A stretch of DNA of 64,000 bases from an uncultured Verrucomicrobiae bacterium. Lineage in GTDB: Bacteria; Verrucomicrobiota; Verrucomicrobiia; Limisphaerales; Palsa-1400. Under the pieces are notes generated by a model. It did not search any database. It was not told the origin of the DNA and was given only the letters and a program-made list of their open reading frames with translations. Positions 22,292 through 31,648 of this stretch are shown here, in pieces. The translations under genes were made by a program, and so were the position numbers. How positions within the stretch are numbered: the first letter of the stretch is position 1; every line of letters begins with the position of its first letter. The stretch is taken from positions 486,864 through 550,863 of the forward strand of contig CAVPOM010000007.1 in NCBI GenBank assembly GCA_963707025.1. The letters run 5' to 3'.

Positions 22292-23872
22292 ATGGCAAAC
22301 GAACGGTCAATTTGGGAGAGGAGCACAATCATGCGGTTCTTCCGGTGGTTCTTCAGTGGACGCGTCATGCGACTCGCACTAAAACTATTTACCGGGGCGA
22401 CCGTCATACTGGTGCTTTACTATTGCGAGGAGGATTGGCGCGGAAGCCAGGCTTGGAGCAAATATTTGGCCACTTCCGGTATCACGCCAGAACAACTGAA
22501 CCTACAGAGCTACTTTCCAAAGCCAATTCCTGATGACCAGAATTTTGCTGCGACGCCAGTCGTCAAGCGTTGGTTTGTCAAACAATCGGCAAACGTTCCG
22601 TTCAATTCTGATCGTTTCAGCAAGGCGCCAGCCTCGCTTATTCAACTACTCAAAAATGTCGAGAAGAAAAAGAACTTGCAACATTTAGATTTGGCCGCGT
22701 GGCAGAACGGGTTGAAGGAGACAGCAGCTATTGTGTCGCCGTCGAAGCGCAATGTGGAAGCTCGACCGCCATCGAGGAAGGAGGCGGCAATCGCGGTTCT
22801 CGCCGCCATGGAGGACGACGACGCCACGGTTCAATTGCTACGAGTCGCGAGCGGTCGGTCCAATTCTTTTTATCCCGTTAGTTACACGCTGGACGATCCT
22901 TGGAATATTCTACTGCCACATGACTACAATATTAAAGAACTTGCAGCCCGGCTCGAACTGAGGGCATGTGCCGAATTGGAGACAGGAAACAGCGCCAAAG
23001 CGTTCGACGATGTGATGCTTACTCTCAATTTGGCCGATTCGCTCACCAATGAATGTATCGTGATTTCGTATTTGGTTCGCGCCGATTGTATTCACGCAGG
23101 GGTTCAGCCGATCTGGGAAGGAATCGCAGATCGGCGCTGGTCGGATTCACAACTCCAAGAGATGGAAGCGCGATTGCTCCGTTTCAATTTAATAGGTGAA
23201 CTTGAGAAGCCATTGAAAACCGAAAGGGCTGTTGGGGTTCTCACCATTGATTTGACGAAGAGCAAAGGTGTGAGCTACTTGGCGCGCACTGCCTCTACCG
23301 AGCCAACGATTTTCGGTGGCATCCTTGGACCTGTCTTCGACTGCGCGATCCCTTCGGGCTGGTTCGCGCTTGAAAAGGTCAATTACTGTCGATCATTTGA
23401 CACACTTTTCACCAACACATTCGATCCAGTCGCTCGAACCGTTTCGCCCCTCCATGCTGAAGCCAATCGCCAAACGTTCAATCAGATGGCGAACGTCGGC
23501 CGGGGAACGCCAACCGGTGTAATTCTCCACCATTGGACCGTCGCCCGACTATTTTTGCCTACCCTGCCGAAGGTTTTATTTCGAGGAGCCATCGCGCAAA
23601 CTGCCGCGAATGAGGCGGCGCTTGCCTGTGCTCTGGAAAGAAATCATTTGGCGAAGGGAAAATACGCGGCCAGCCTGCAATCGCTGGTGCCCGACTGGAT
23701 GCCGGCCACGCCACATGATGTAGTCGGCGGGCTGGCTTATCACTATAATCGTATAGATGCAGATCACTTTGTTGTCTATTCCATCGGCTGGGATGAAAAG
23801 GACGGTGGCGGGAAAAGTGGAGAATCACTTTTTGGCCGCGAAGGCAATTGGGTGTGGAAAAGTTCCGATTGA
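22292..23872 (+). CDS. Membrane-anchored hypothetical protein with pseudopilin(GspG)-like C-terminal motif
   Basis: N-terminal TM then YCEEDWRG; C-terminal ALACALER...LQSLVP...FVVYSIGWDEKDGGG. Confidence 0.6.
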   Translation: MANERSIWERSTIMRFFRWFFSGRVMRLALKLFTGATVILVLYYCEEDWRGSQAWSKYLATSGITPEQLNLQSYFPKPIPDDQNFAATPVVKRWFVKQSANVPFNSDRFSKAPASLIQLLKNVEKKKNLQHLDLAAWQNGLKETAAIVSPSKRNVEARPPSRKEAAIAVLAAMEDDDATVQLLRVASGRSNSFYPVSYTLDDPWNILLPHDYNIKELAARLELRACAELETGNSAKAFDDVMLTLNLADSLTNECIVISYLVRADCIHAGVQPIWEGIADRRWSDSQLQEMEARLLRFNLIGELEKPLKTERAVGVLTIDLTKSKGVSYLARTASTEPTIFGGILGPVFDCAIPSGWFALEKVNYCRSFDTLFTNTFDPVARTVSPLHAEANRQTFNQMANVGRGTPTGVILHHWTVARLFLPTLPKVLFRGAIAQTAANEAALACALERNHLAKGKYAASLQSLVPDWMPATPHDVVGGLAYHYNRIDADHFVVYSIGWDEKDGGGKSGESLFGREGNWVWKSSD

Positions 23873-24061
23873 ATGTCAGTGCGAATCGTAATTGAACGAG
23901 AGATGGGAGCAATGCGGCTGACGCAAGAACTGACCATCTCGCCTTCGCGTGACGTTCGAGGCGGTCACGTCGGGCATCTTTGAACGACAATTCGAGATAA
24001 CCCGACTAAACTTCCCCACTACCCATTAACGCAGGCGGCTTTAAACATTGTACTTTGGGTC

Positions 24062-26950
24062 ATGCTTTCGCCCAAAGCACAATGCAGACTGGCTGACGCC
24101 AAACGATACTTCAGGGAACACCTGGCGGCTGGTGAGTATTACATGGAAGGCCAACAGGTGCGTGGCCAATGGTACGGCAAAGGGGCGGCGGATTTGGGGC
24201 TGTCCGGCGTCACGAATCTCGAACAATTTGAGCGGCTTTGTGAAAACCTTCATCCGCAAACGGGCCTGCGCCTGACGCTGCGCCAGAAAACTACTCGGAC
24301 GGAATCGGATGTGGACGGCGCGGAGCATGAGCACGCCAACCGCCGAGTGTTTTATGATTTCACTATCTCGCCACCAAAGTCGGTTTCCATCGCCGCCCTT
24401 GTCGGCAACGACCGGCGGATTGTCGAGGCCCACGAGCGGGCGGTGACGATGGCGTTGGAGCAATTGCAATCCTTTGCCTCCACCCGCGTCCGCAAGGACG
24501 GCCAATGCACCGACCGCGCGACGGGCAACATTGTCGCCGCCACGTTTCGCCACGACACATCGCGGGCGGTGGACCCGCACTTGCACACCCACTGCATTGT
24601 CTTCAACGCCACTTATGACGCATTCGAGGGCCACTGGAAGGCATTGCAGAACCATGACATGCTCGTGGCGCAAAAGTTCGTCGAGAACGTCTATTACCAC
24701 GAACTAGCGCGGTCGCTACAGGAATTTGGCTATGAGGTCGGGAGCCGGAATGTCGGCGATTTCCAGATCAAAGGCATTTCCAAGGAGCTTCGCGATTTGT
24801 TCTCCAAACGTCACCGGCAGATTGACGAGAAGACCCGCGAGTTGCTGGCCCGCCAACCTAAAAAGGCAGACAGCAACATTGCCGCCATTCGGGAGCATAT
24901 CGCCCACAAGGAACGGGATAGGAAAATCCCGGAAATTGGGTTGTCCCGATTGCAGGCCGATTGGGATGGTCAAATGACGTTGGAACAATGGAAATCGTTG
25001 CGGAATCTCATTCACATCCAACCGACGAATCGGGAAGACGCGAAGATGGTAGCGGGTCGGGCGGTCACCTGGGCGGAGGAACACTTGTTTGACAGGCGTT
25101 CGGTGGTCAATGAACACGAACTTTGGCGGCACGCGCTCGGCTATGCCAGAGGCCAAAACGTGACCATAAAGGACATTCAATCCGTCACCGGCAAACGTGA
25201 TTATATTCGCGACGAAAAACATCCGGGCAAAGTTACGACCCGCGAGCATTTGCAGCGGGAATGGGAAATTGTGGAAATGGTCCACAAGGGTTTGCGCCGC
25301 CATCACTCCTTCCGCTCGGATTATCGTTGCGCCAATCCTTCCTTGGATGCGGAGCAACGACTGGCGGTGGAAAGAATTTTGGTATGCTCCGGCTTTGTCG
25401 CCGTTTTCCGTGGCGGGGCGGGCACAGGCAAGAGTTATACACTACGGGAAGTTGAGAAAGCATTGAAAGAAACGGGCCGGGCCGTTCACGTAGTCGCGCC
25501 GCAACGCCAACAGGTCATGGATTTGGAAAAAGATGGCTTTCAAAATGTCGAGACGGTCAGCGCCTTTCTGGCCAAAGGCAGTTTGGAACCGCAATCCGTC
25601 ATCATTGTGGATGAGGCCGGGCAGATCGGCGGTAAACAGATGCACGCGCTATTGGAATTCGCCCTGGAGCACGAGAGCCGGGTGATTCTCTCCGGCGACA
25701 CCCGCCAGCACGGCGCGGTCGAGGCGGCGGACGCTCTGCGGGCCATTGAAAAGTATTCGGGTGTGCGTCCCATCGAACTGACCACCATTCGCCGTCAGAA
25801 TCCAGAACTGGCTAAAACCATCGAGGAACGCGAATGGATCAAACAATACCGACAGGCCGTGGCCGAAGCGCAGGACGGCAAGTTTGCCGAATCATTTAAT
25901 CGTCTGGATAGACAAGGAGCCATCGTCCAATGCAGTTTGGCTGACCAGCATCAAAAGCTGGCGGAACATTACCTGGCACTGGCGAAAGACCGTCACTCCA
26001 CGGTGGTCGTATCCCAAAGCTGGAATGAGATTCATCAGGTCAACGAACAGATTCGTCTGGCCCTCAAGTGCGAAAAGCTGGTGGGCGAGGCTGACACAGT
26101 CCTGACGACATTTCAGCCGGTGGATATGACGGAAGCGCAAAAGCGCGATCAACGCTCGTACGATGAAAATTCCGTGGTGGTCTTCAACCGCAACGTGCGC
26201 GGCTTCAAGGCGGGCGAGGCGGCGCGATTGCAGGCCATTACTGAAACGCATGTGGTCGTTGAAAACGACGGGAGTCGCGTCTCAATACCGTTCAAGCATC
26301 TCGACCGAATCACGGTTTGTCAGACCAAAGAATTGGCCTTGGCCTCCGGCGACAGGGTGCTCTTGAAGGCCAATGGCCGCAGCGAAGATGACCGGAAGCT
26401 GGCCAACGGCGAACTGGTTACGATCAAGGAAATCCACGAGGATGGCCGCATTGCGCTCGCCGATGGCCGGGTGCTTTCCCCACACTTCCGTCAGTTTGTG
26501 CGCGGCTACGCCGTCACGTCCTATGCCTCGCAAGGTAAATCGGTCGATCATGTGCTGTTCTCCGATTCAGCGGTGAAGGCGGCGACGAACCAACAGCAAT
26601 GGTATGTGACCATTTCGCGTGGTCGCAAGGGCGTCCAGATTTTCACTGCCGACAAAATCCAGCTTCGCCAAAACGTCCTCCGCTCCGGGGGCCGCGAACT
26701 GGCCTTGGACATCGCCAAAGAATCCTCCGTCCATGCGCTGGCAAAGGCTTGGGGCCGCGATATTGGATACGTGTTGAATGTCCAGCATTCGCAGCGTCAA
26801 ACCGAGCAGCGCCGGGCTGAATTGCTTCAGCGGGCAGAAGTTCAGGAGAAATCCGAATCTGCCCAGCAATCGCAGACCGCTCGGACGGCGCGGAAAATCA
26901 TCCCCGCGCACAAGCAAAATCAAAAATATGGAGGAGGTATCGGAGTATGA
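24062..26950 (+). CDS. mobF: MOBF (TrwC-like) relaxase-helicase
   Basis: EYY catalytic tyrosines, YDFTISPPKSVS, HDTSRAVDPHLHTHC (HUH); helicase motifs GGAGTGKS, IVDEAG, GYAVTSYASQGKS and YVTISRGR. Confidence 0.95.
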   Translation: MLSPKAQCRLADAKRYFREHLAAGEYYMEGQQVRGQWYGKGAADLGLSGVTNLEQFERLCENLHPQTGLRLTLRQKTTRTESDVDGAEHEHANRRVFYDFTISPPKSVSIAALVGNDRRIVEAHERAVTMALEQLQSFASTRVRKDGQCTDRATGNIVAATFRHDTSRAVDPHLHTHCIVFNATYDAFEGHWKALQNHDMLVAQKFVENVYYHELARSLQEFGYEVGSRNVGDFQIKGISKELRDLFSKRHRQIDEKTRELLARQPKKADSNIAAIREHIAHKERDRKIPEIGLSRLQADWDGQMTLEQWKSLRNLIHIQPTNREDAKMVAGRAVTWAEEHLFDRRSVVNEHELWRHALGYARGQNVTIKDIQSVTGKRDYIRDEKHPGKVTTREHLQREWEIVEMVHKGLRRHHSFRSDYRCANPSLDAEQRLAVERILVCSGFVAVFRGGAGTGKSYTLREVEKALKETGRAVHVVAPQRQQVMDLEKDGFQNVETVSAFLAKGSLEPQSVIIVDEAGQIGGKQMHALLEFALEHESRVILSGDTRQHGAVEAADALRAIEKYSGVRPIELTTIRRQNPELAKTIEEREWIKQYRQAVAEAQDGKFAESFNRLDRQGAIVQCSLADQHQKLAEHYLALAKDRHSTVVVSQSWNEIHQVNEQIRLALKCEKLVGEADTVLTTFQPVDMTEAQKRDQRSYDENSVVVFNRNVRGFKAGEAARLQAITETHVVVENDGSRVSIPFKHLDRITVCQTKELALASGDRVLLKANGRSEDDRKLANGELVTIKEIHEDGRIALADGRVLSPHFRQFVRGYAVTSYASQGKSVDHVLFSDSAVKAATNQQQWYVTISRGRKGVQIFTADKIQLRQNVLRSGGRELALDIAKESSVHALAKAWGRDIGYVLNVQHSQRQTEQRRAELLQRAEVQEKSESAQQSQTARTARKIIPAHKQNQKYGGGIGV

Positions 26951-27300
26951 GCCTGAATATGAGAGCATTCGATGATCGTCTGTCGTGTTACGAACTGAGT
27001 CGTCAGGTGATGGGCTACCATGTGCCCTTGGACAACGTGAGGTTGGAATTGACTCCCAGCCGTTTTTACTTGCTGCCATATCACCATTTGGAAGTCGCCG
27101 AATTCGAGTCGGCCCATAATGGCGACACGATTTCCCTTTCATTTATCAACCATAAGGTGCGAATCACCGGCCGCAATTTGCGCGACCTGGCCGTTGCTTT
27201 TCAGGAACGCGCCGTCGTTTCGGTCACGCCCGTGCCGGAAAAATACGAGGCATTGCGAGAATGTGTGCAGGGCTTGGTTGACTCAATCCAGATTGAATAA
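26947..27300 (+). CDS. Hypothetical protein coupled to the relaxase
   Basis: ATGA overlap; LPYHHL...ITGRNLRDL is typical of small relaxase-adjacent proteins. Confidence 0.65.
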   Translation: MSLNMRAFDDRLSCYELSRQVMGYHVPLDNVRLELTPSRFYLLPYHHLEVAEFESAHNGDTISLSFINHKVRITGRNLRDLAVAFQERAVVSVTPVPEKYEALRECVQGLVDSIQIE

Positions 27301-27378
27301 GGGATTTCCGTCAGCGGGTGTTCGTGGCGTTTGCCTCGAAAGCGCGAGCGGACCGGTTCCGCCCGCACCCTTGCTGCA

Positions 27379-27630
27379 TTATCCGCCAAACGGGCCGCAG
27401 CCGTCGTTCGGCGGCTCAATTTCCCACCGAATGACGGGCGGAACTCCAGACAACCCCGTTGGTGGTCGTATAACCAAGATGAAGGTGTGGTTTCCTTTCG
27501 TTTTCTTCCGCCCCGCCCGCCGCCCAAAAAACCAGGCGGCGAGAGGAACTGCGACATAAACGAAAAGGCCGAAGACAAACGCCCCATGCTCGCGCAACAT
27601 CCAATCAATGAAACGAAATATCGGGTTCAT
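27379..27630 (-). CDS. Small membrane protein
   Basis: AAGGAGG RBS directly after the integrase stop; one TM. Confidence 0.55.
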   Translation of the reverse strand: MNPIFRFIDWMLREHGAFVFGLFVYVAVPLAAWFFGRRAGRKKTKGNHTFILVIRPPTGLSGVPPVIRWEIEPPNDGCGPFGG

Positions 27631-27639
27631 ATCGCCTCC

Positions 27640-28719
27640 TTATTCGTTGACGGCCCGCGCCGCTGGCTGCGTCTGAGTGCCCGTCGGCACTGTGGCCGCC
27701 GCCATGCGTGGCATCGGCACGATTTTCCGCTCGTAATCCTCCAGCGACGGCACGATGACTTGTGCCTTCTTGGAATAGGCTCTGGCGATGGCTTTGGAAC
27801 TGTGCCCAAGCGCCTGTTGGGCGAACCGCTCCGGCATTCCCACTGTCTTGGCCCGCTCCGCCCAAGCATAACGGTAGCTGTGCAAGGAAATGCCGGTGAT
27901 GCCAACGGTTTTGAGCCGCTTGATAAACATCTTCGCGCGGTGGTTCTCCCGAATCCGCGCCATGCGTGGAAACAACGGGCCGTTTTTCGGCAGCGATTCC
28001 AATAGGGCGGCGACTTCCGCGCCGAAGGTAATGATGACCGGAACGTTGGTCTTTCCCCGCCGGTAGGAAATAGTGCGGTCTTTCCAATCCACGTCTTCGC
28101 TGGTCAATTCCGCCATGTCGGTCTGTGAGCCGCCCAAGTGCCACAGGAGTTGGTAGTACGCCCGGATTTCCGGGTTATGCTCCCGGTCAATGATCGCTTG
28201 ATGCTGGTCTGCTGTAATGGCCTTCCGGTCTTTATGCCTCACTGGCGGCCAGTGAAGTTTGGGCAGAACCGGCCAAGGAAGCCAGTGCATCCCGACCGCG
28301 AAATTGTGCAGGCGGCGCAAAAACATATTGGTTGAGACGGTTCCCGAATTGAGAACCTGCAAAAAAAGCTCGGACGCCGTTTCCATGAGTTTGCGGTGGC
28401 GGATGAGGTCGAAGGGTTTGTCCCGCATCGCCGCTATCCATCGGCGTTGGGTTGGGCCGGTTTTGAGCGGGGCCATTGCGTCCATGACATCCTGCCATGT
28501 CCGTTTGGCCATGACGGGGTCGCCGTGCTGCAAGTAAGCCTGGGCGATTTGCAGGTTGATGGCGGGCTGGCGCACGGCCTGATTCTTGGCCTCGATGATC
28601 TGCCGGGCGGCGTCCTCGTTCGTGGTGTTAATGCTGGCGCGTTTGCCAGTGACTTTGTCAAAGCAATAATACATCCCACCCCGGATGCCACGATGAACTA
28701 AGCGGTAACGTGTATTCAT
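27640..28719 (-). CDS. Tyrosine recombinase/integrase (atypical box I)
   Basis: SLHSYRYAWAERA and ALGHSSKAIARAYS; lies next to a tRNA-derived att core. Confidence 0.9.
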   Translation of the reverse strand: MNTRYRLVHRGIRGGMYYCFDKVTGKRASINTTNEDAARQIIEAKNQAVRQPAINLQIAQAYLQHGDPVMAKRTWQDVMDAMAPLKTGPTQRRWIAAMRDKPFDLIRHRKLMETASELFLQVLNSGTVSTNMFLRRLHNFAVGMHWLPWPVLPKLHWPPVRHKDRKAITADQHQAIIDREHNPEIRAYYQLLWHLGGSQTDMAELTSEDVDWKDRTISYRRGKTNVPVIITFGAEVAALLESLPKNGPLFPRMARIRENHRAKMFIKRLKTVGITGISLHSYRYAWAERAKTVGMPERFAQQALGHSSKAIARAYSKKAQVIVPSLEDYERKIVPMPRMAAATVPTGTQTQPAARAVNE

Positions 28720-28823
28720 AATTTCCTCACGTAACCGCGATGATAAAACATCCGAAGCCCGGACCGTTAGCGGGTAGTCGGAGAGTTATCCTCCGTTACC
28801 CCTGTTTAAGACGGGCACACAAG

Positions 28824-29109
28824 TTGGTGTCCGTTTCGGTGTCCGTTGCCGACCATCTGCCACCTAAACCATTGCTGCACTAGCAGTTAGGAATGGAGCC
28901 AGTTGCCGGATTTGGGCTTTCCATTCCGTTCTGGCCTTCCATTCGGTAACTCCACCAAATGAAGAGGTTGCGAATAAAAATCGCACCGCATTTACGAGGG
29001 AGAATATGCCGCGAATTCACTCAGAATTCAAGACAATTCCGTCACTATTTCTCAGAATTCGTCTTTACTCATTTGGTGTCCCAAATGGTGTCCATTTTGG
29101 TGTCCAATC
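28824..29109 (+). repeat. GGTGTCC 12-bp-period repeats (putative integrase arm sites) on both sides of the att core
   Basis: Two copies at 28824-28847 and three at 29074-29109. Confidence 0.7.
28894..28914 (-). mobile_element. att core: isolated tRNA 3' end (probably tRNA-Thr)
   Basis: Minus strand CAAATCCGGCAACTGGCTCCA = T-loop half, acceptor strand and CCA; the 5' part of the tRNA is absent. Confidence 0.75.
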
Positions 29110-29338
29110 TCGGACAGTCGGCAAACACGCCGACATTCATTTTCCTTTCCGCTCAAAGGAAAGGGCGCAGAGCGAAAAGGCCAGCGCGAGCGGAAATGGA
29201 GTCCATGAGGGCTTGCCCTCTGGCGCGGGTCTGGGCCGGCGTGAGGCCCGGCGCCAGGGTTTGGGGACCGCGCAAGTCCCAAACGACAAAAAAACGGCTG
29301 AACTGTTGCCAGTCCAGCCGCATGGGTGTTTCCGACGG

Positions 29339-29740
29339 TCAATCCTCCCCCAACATCATCACTGTGATGGCGGGCTGCGGGTCGTCAATGTCAAGAGGGC
29401 CGCAAACGGCGGTCAACCTGACAAGTCGAGGGGCGCGATTGTCATTGCGGACATAGAGCGCAACCGGCAAGCGGTCGCAACCGGGGCGGCTGCGGAGGAT
29501 GGCAAACCGGGCCATTGTGATAATATCCCAAAGCCGGCCGGCTTCGTCCTGGCAGGCCACGCCGGGCGGCACGGTCACGTAAGCATCATAAACGGCGCGG
29601 GTGAGAAAAACCGGAAAGCGGATTCCGGCTTCCTGCGCGGTTTTGGAAACCTCGATCTGCACGCCATCGGCGACGGCCTGTGATCGGGTGTAAGAGTAGA
29701 TGACATCGCCCAATGGCGAATTCTCGTTGTTCGTGTTCAT
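29339..29740 (-). CDS. DUF6573-like mobile-element protein
   Basis: VIYSYTRSQAVADGVQIEV...QDEAGRLWDI...PAITVMMLGED. Confidence 0.8.
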   Translation of the reverse strand: MNTNNENSPLGDVIYSYTRSQAVADGVQIEVSKTAQEAGIRFPVFLTRAVYDAYVTVPPGVACQDEAGRLWDIITMARFAILRSRPGCDRLPVALYVRNDNRAPRLVRLTAVCGPLDIDDPQPAITVMMLGED

Positions 29741-29745
29741 GGTTT

Positions 29746-29967
29746 TTAGCGGTTAAGAATGGGAACGTCGGATTGTGGAGAGATACGAACCAAACCGGGT
29801 TTGGGTTGGATGCGAACACGCACACCGAAAAGCGTCGTGAATTCGCGGGGCTGTTTGGTCACGGCGACAACGGCGGAACACTCGCTAACACGGACAACGC
29901 GACACGGCTTGCCGTCCAGGCGGATAACATCGCCAGCGCGGAGACGGAATGGATAAGAGGTTTTCAT
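29746..29967 (-). CDS. Small hypothetical protein (SH3/KOW-like beta pattern)
   Basis: LRAGDVIRLDGKPCRVVRV; tight operon. Confidence 0.6.
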   Translation of the reverse strand: MKTSYPFRLRAGDVIRLDGKPCRVVRVSECSAVVAVTKQPREFTTLFGVRVRIQPKPGLVRISPQSDVPILNR

Positions 29968-30155
29968 TTGGAATTTTGAGAAGCAAACAAACGCGCTTGC
30001 GCGGACTCTGCGGCACGGCGGGCACGGTCTGCCTCGTCCCGTTCGCGGGCCAGACGATCTCCGTCCAGTCCGGTTTCGAGTGCGAGATTGAAGGTGTCCC
30101 CGGCAAACAAAAACTCGTGCTGCGGGATTGGCAAGCGGCGTCTGTTGCGTTTCAT
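29964..30155 (-). CDS. Small hypothetical protein
   Basis: ATGA overlap; MKRNRRRLPIPQHEFLF...QARLF. Confidence 0.55.
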   Translation of the reverse strand: MKRNRRRLPIPQHEFLFAGDTFNLALETGLDGDRLARERDEADRARRAAESAQARLFASQNSK

Positions 30156-30169
30156 GGGGTGTTGGCGTT

Positions 30170-30556
30170 TCAAGCTGCTTTCGCGTCTGCCGGGAAGTAG
30201 GTCTGATATTTGTCGCGGGGGTCGCGGTGGCTGCCGGTGGTAAACTGGCCGCAAGGGTGCTGCCAAGTCTGGCGTTTCCGGTTCCAATGGAAACCAAACT
30301 GAGAGAGGGCGGCGGTAATCTCCGGCGGCTGCCGTTCGTCAAAGTGAATCCAAACCCACTTGCCCACTACCTGCGCCAATTCCCAAAAACGCGGTGTCTC
30401 GTGATGGAGCATGTCGAGGAGTTTTTCTGTGGAAAGTCCCCGGTTCTGGAATCGGATTTTGAAATCAATCCGATGCGGTTGGTTTTCAATGCGCTGTGCG
30501 GTCCGGTTCAAGAGCCCCGAATCTGAATTTGAAACTGAATTTGTGTTTGTATTCAT
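30170..30556 (-). CDS. Hypothetical mobile-element protein
   Basis: VVGKWVWIHF...LSQFGFHWNRKRQTWQHPC; first gene of the operon. Confidence 0.7.
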   Translation of the reverse strand: MNTNTNSVSNSDSGLLNRTAQRIENQPHRIDFKIRFQNRGLSTEKLLDMLHHETPRFWELAQVVGKWVWIHFDERQPPEITAALSQFGFHWNRKRQTWQHPCGQFTTGSHRDPRDKYQTYFPADAKAA

Positions 30557-30557
30557 A

Positions 30558-30721
30558 GTGTTTTTTTTACTGCGCGTGCGTTCTCGGACTGTCGCCCTTC
30601 ACGAAAAAGCCTGCGGCACAGGGCGGCCAGTGGAAGTAGTCTTCAGAAGGCGCCACGACCGGCCCCCTGGGCGCAAGCAGGCTGGTGAGGGCGACAGGCT
30701 GTGAATGCACGGCAAAAACAC
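30558..30721. promoter_or_regulatory. Long imperfect inverted repeat upstream of the small-gene operon (Frpo-like ssDNA promoter candidate)
   Basis: 30571 TGCGCGTGCGTTCTCGGACTGTCGCCCTTCAC...AGCCTGC pairs with GCAGGCTGGTGAGGGCGACAGGCTGTGAATGCACGGCA ending at 30714. Confidence 0.6.
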
Positions 30722-31208
30722 TTGAAAACAACCATGAGGCGGGCCTACGGGTAATTGCCTCACACTATGCGCGGAGCGGCGCGGCTGGCGGGCTTCATGC
30801 CAGGGTCACGGGCAGGCATGAAACATGATAGACGCGCGTAATCAGGATTCCCGGCTCGCTTGTGAATTTCCAAAGCCGTGAGCGTAACGGAAGCGTTTGG
30901 GCTGGCCGCCCGCGTGGGAGAAATGTGGCGCGAATTAGCGGCCAGACCAAAAAGCGGAGTGAAGCGGCGGATTTGGAAATTCATCAAGGGAGCAGCAATG
31001 GGGGAGCCAAGTCTTGTGTTTGGCGGCGTAGTCTTTCAAGGGGAGGCCAAAGCCGGCAAGTCTTGGCGACTGAAGGGGGCAATGGGGACATACCAGGGCA
31101 CGCGGGGCCGCGATGTCTTGTCTCTCAGCCTGAAAGGCCCGGAGTGGCGCGGTCGCCCGTTTGCGGAAGCCCAGACGCGCAGAGCGAGAGCAGCGAAACC
31201 GAGCATCG

Positions 31209-31511
31209 TAGCCGGAGCAAAATGGGCGAGTAAGCGGAACGGAAGGATTTTCAGGCTGAGGGACAAGCTTGAATTGGGTGCGGCGTGAGTGCGGCGGTTT
31301 TGCGGAGCGCAGCTGGAGGGTGGCGGGGGCGCGGAGTCAGAGCGAAAGCCGCCGCTCTCAGGACGGCGGGGAAAAGCGGGTTGGAGACGATTTTGGAGAC
31401 GGTTTTGGGTGGTGGAACGAAAGATTTTTGATAGATTGGTGCCTTTGACCCGTATTTAATAGATAAGGCGAATTCTGTTCCGTGTTTGGTGATGGCCGAT
31501 GTATTTAGTTT
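31209..31511 (+). repeat. ~300-bp non-coding direct repeat, copy 1
   Basis: Aligns with 41376..41666, e.g. GCGAAAGCCGCCGCTCTCAGGACGGCGGGGAAAAGCGGGTTGGAGACGATTT is identical. Confidence 0.9.
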
Positions 31512-31648
31512 ATGTTGCCGTTTCCGTAGCATTGGGACGCCGCCGCCGTGGCGCATACGGACCACAAGATTGGTCAATCTTACCGGCCATACAAAGAGGC
31601 TACGGCGTGACCGGTTGCGGCAAATAGCAGTCATTTTACGCGATGGTA

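Larger units (their letters stand above)
13011..28914. mobile_element. Integrative mobilisable element (left boundary not located)
   Basis: Integrase + att, MOBF relaxase, TraKLM/StbABC-like operon and excisionase-like HTHs; no T4SS or coupling protein in the window. Confidence 0.75.

Noticed and set aside
22061..22533. C-terminal extension of the 1534-aa ORF overlapping the next gene
   Set aside because: Out-of-frame read-through after an indel; the alternative frame ending at 22270 fits better.
28894..28914. Intact tRNA gene
   Set aside because: Only 21 nt of the 3' end is present; no D-arm or anticodon arm.
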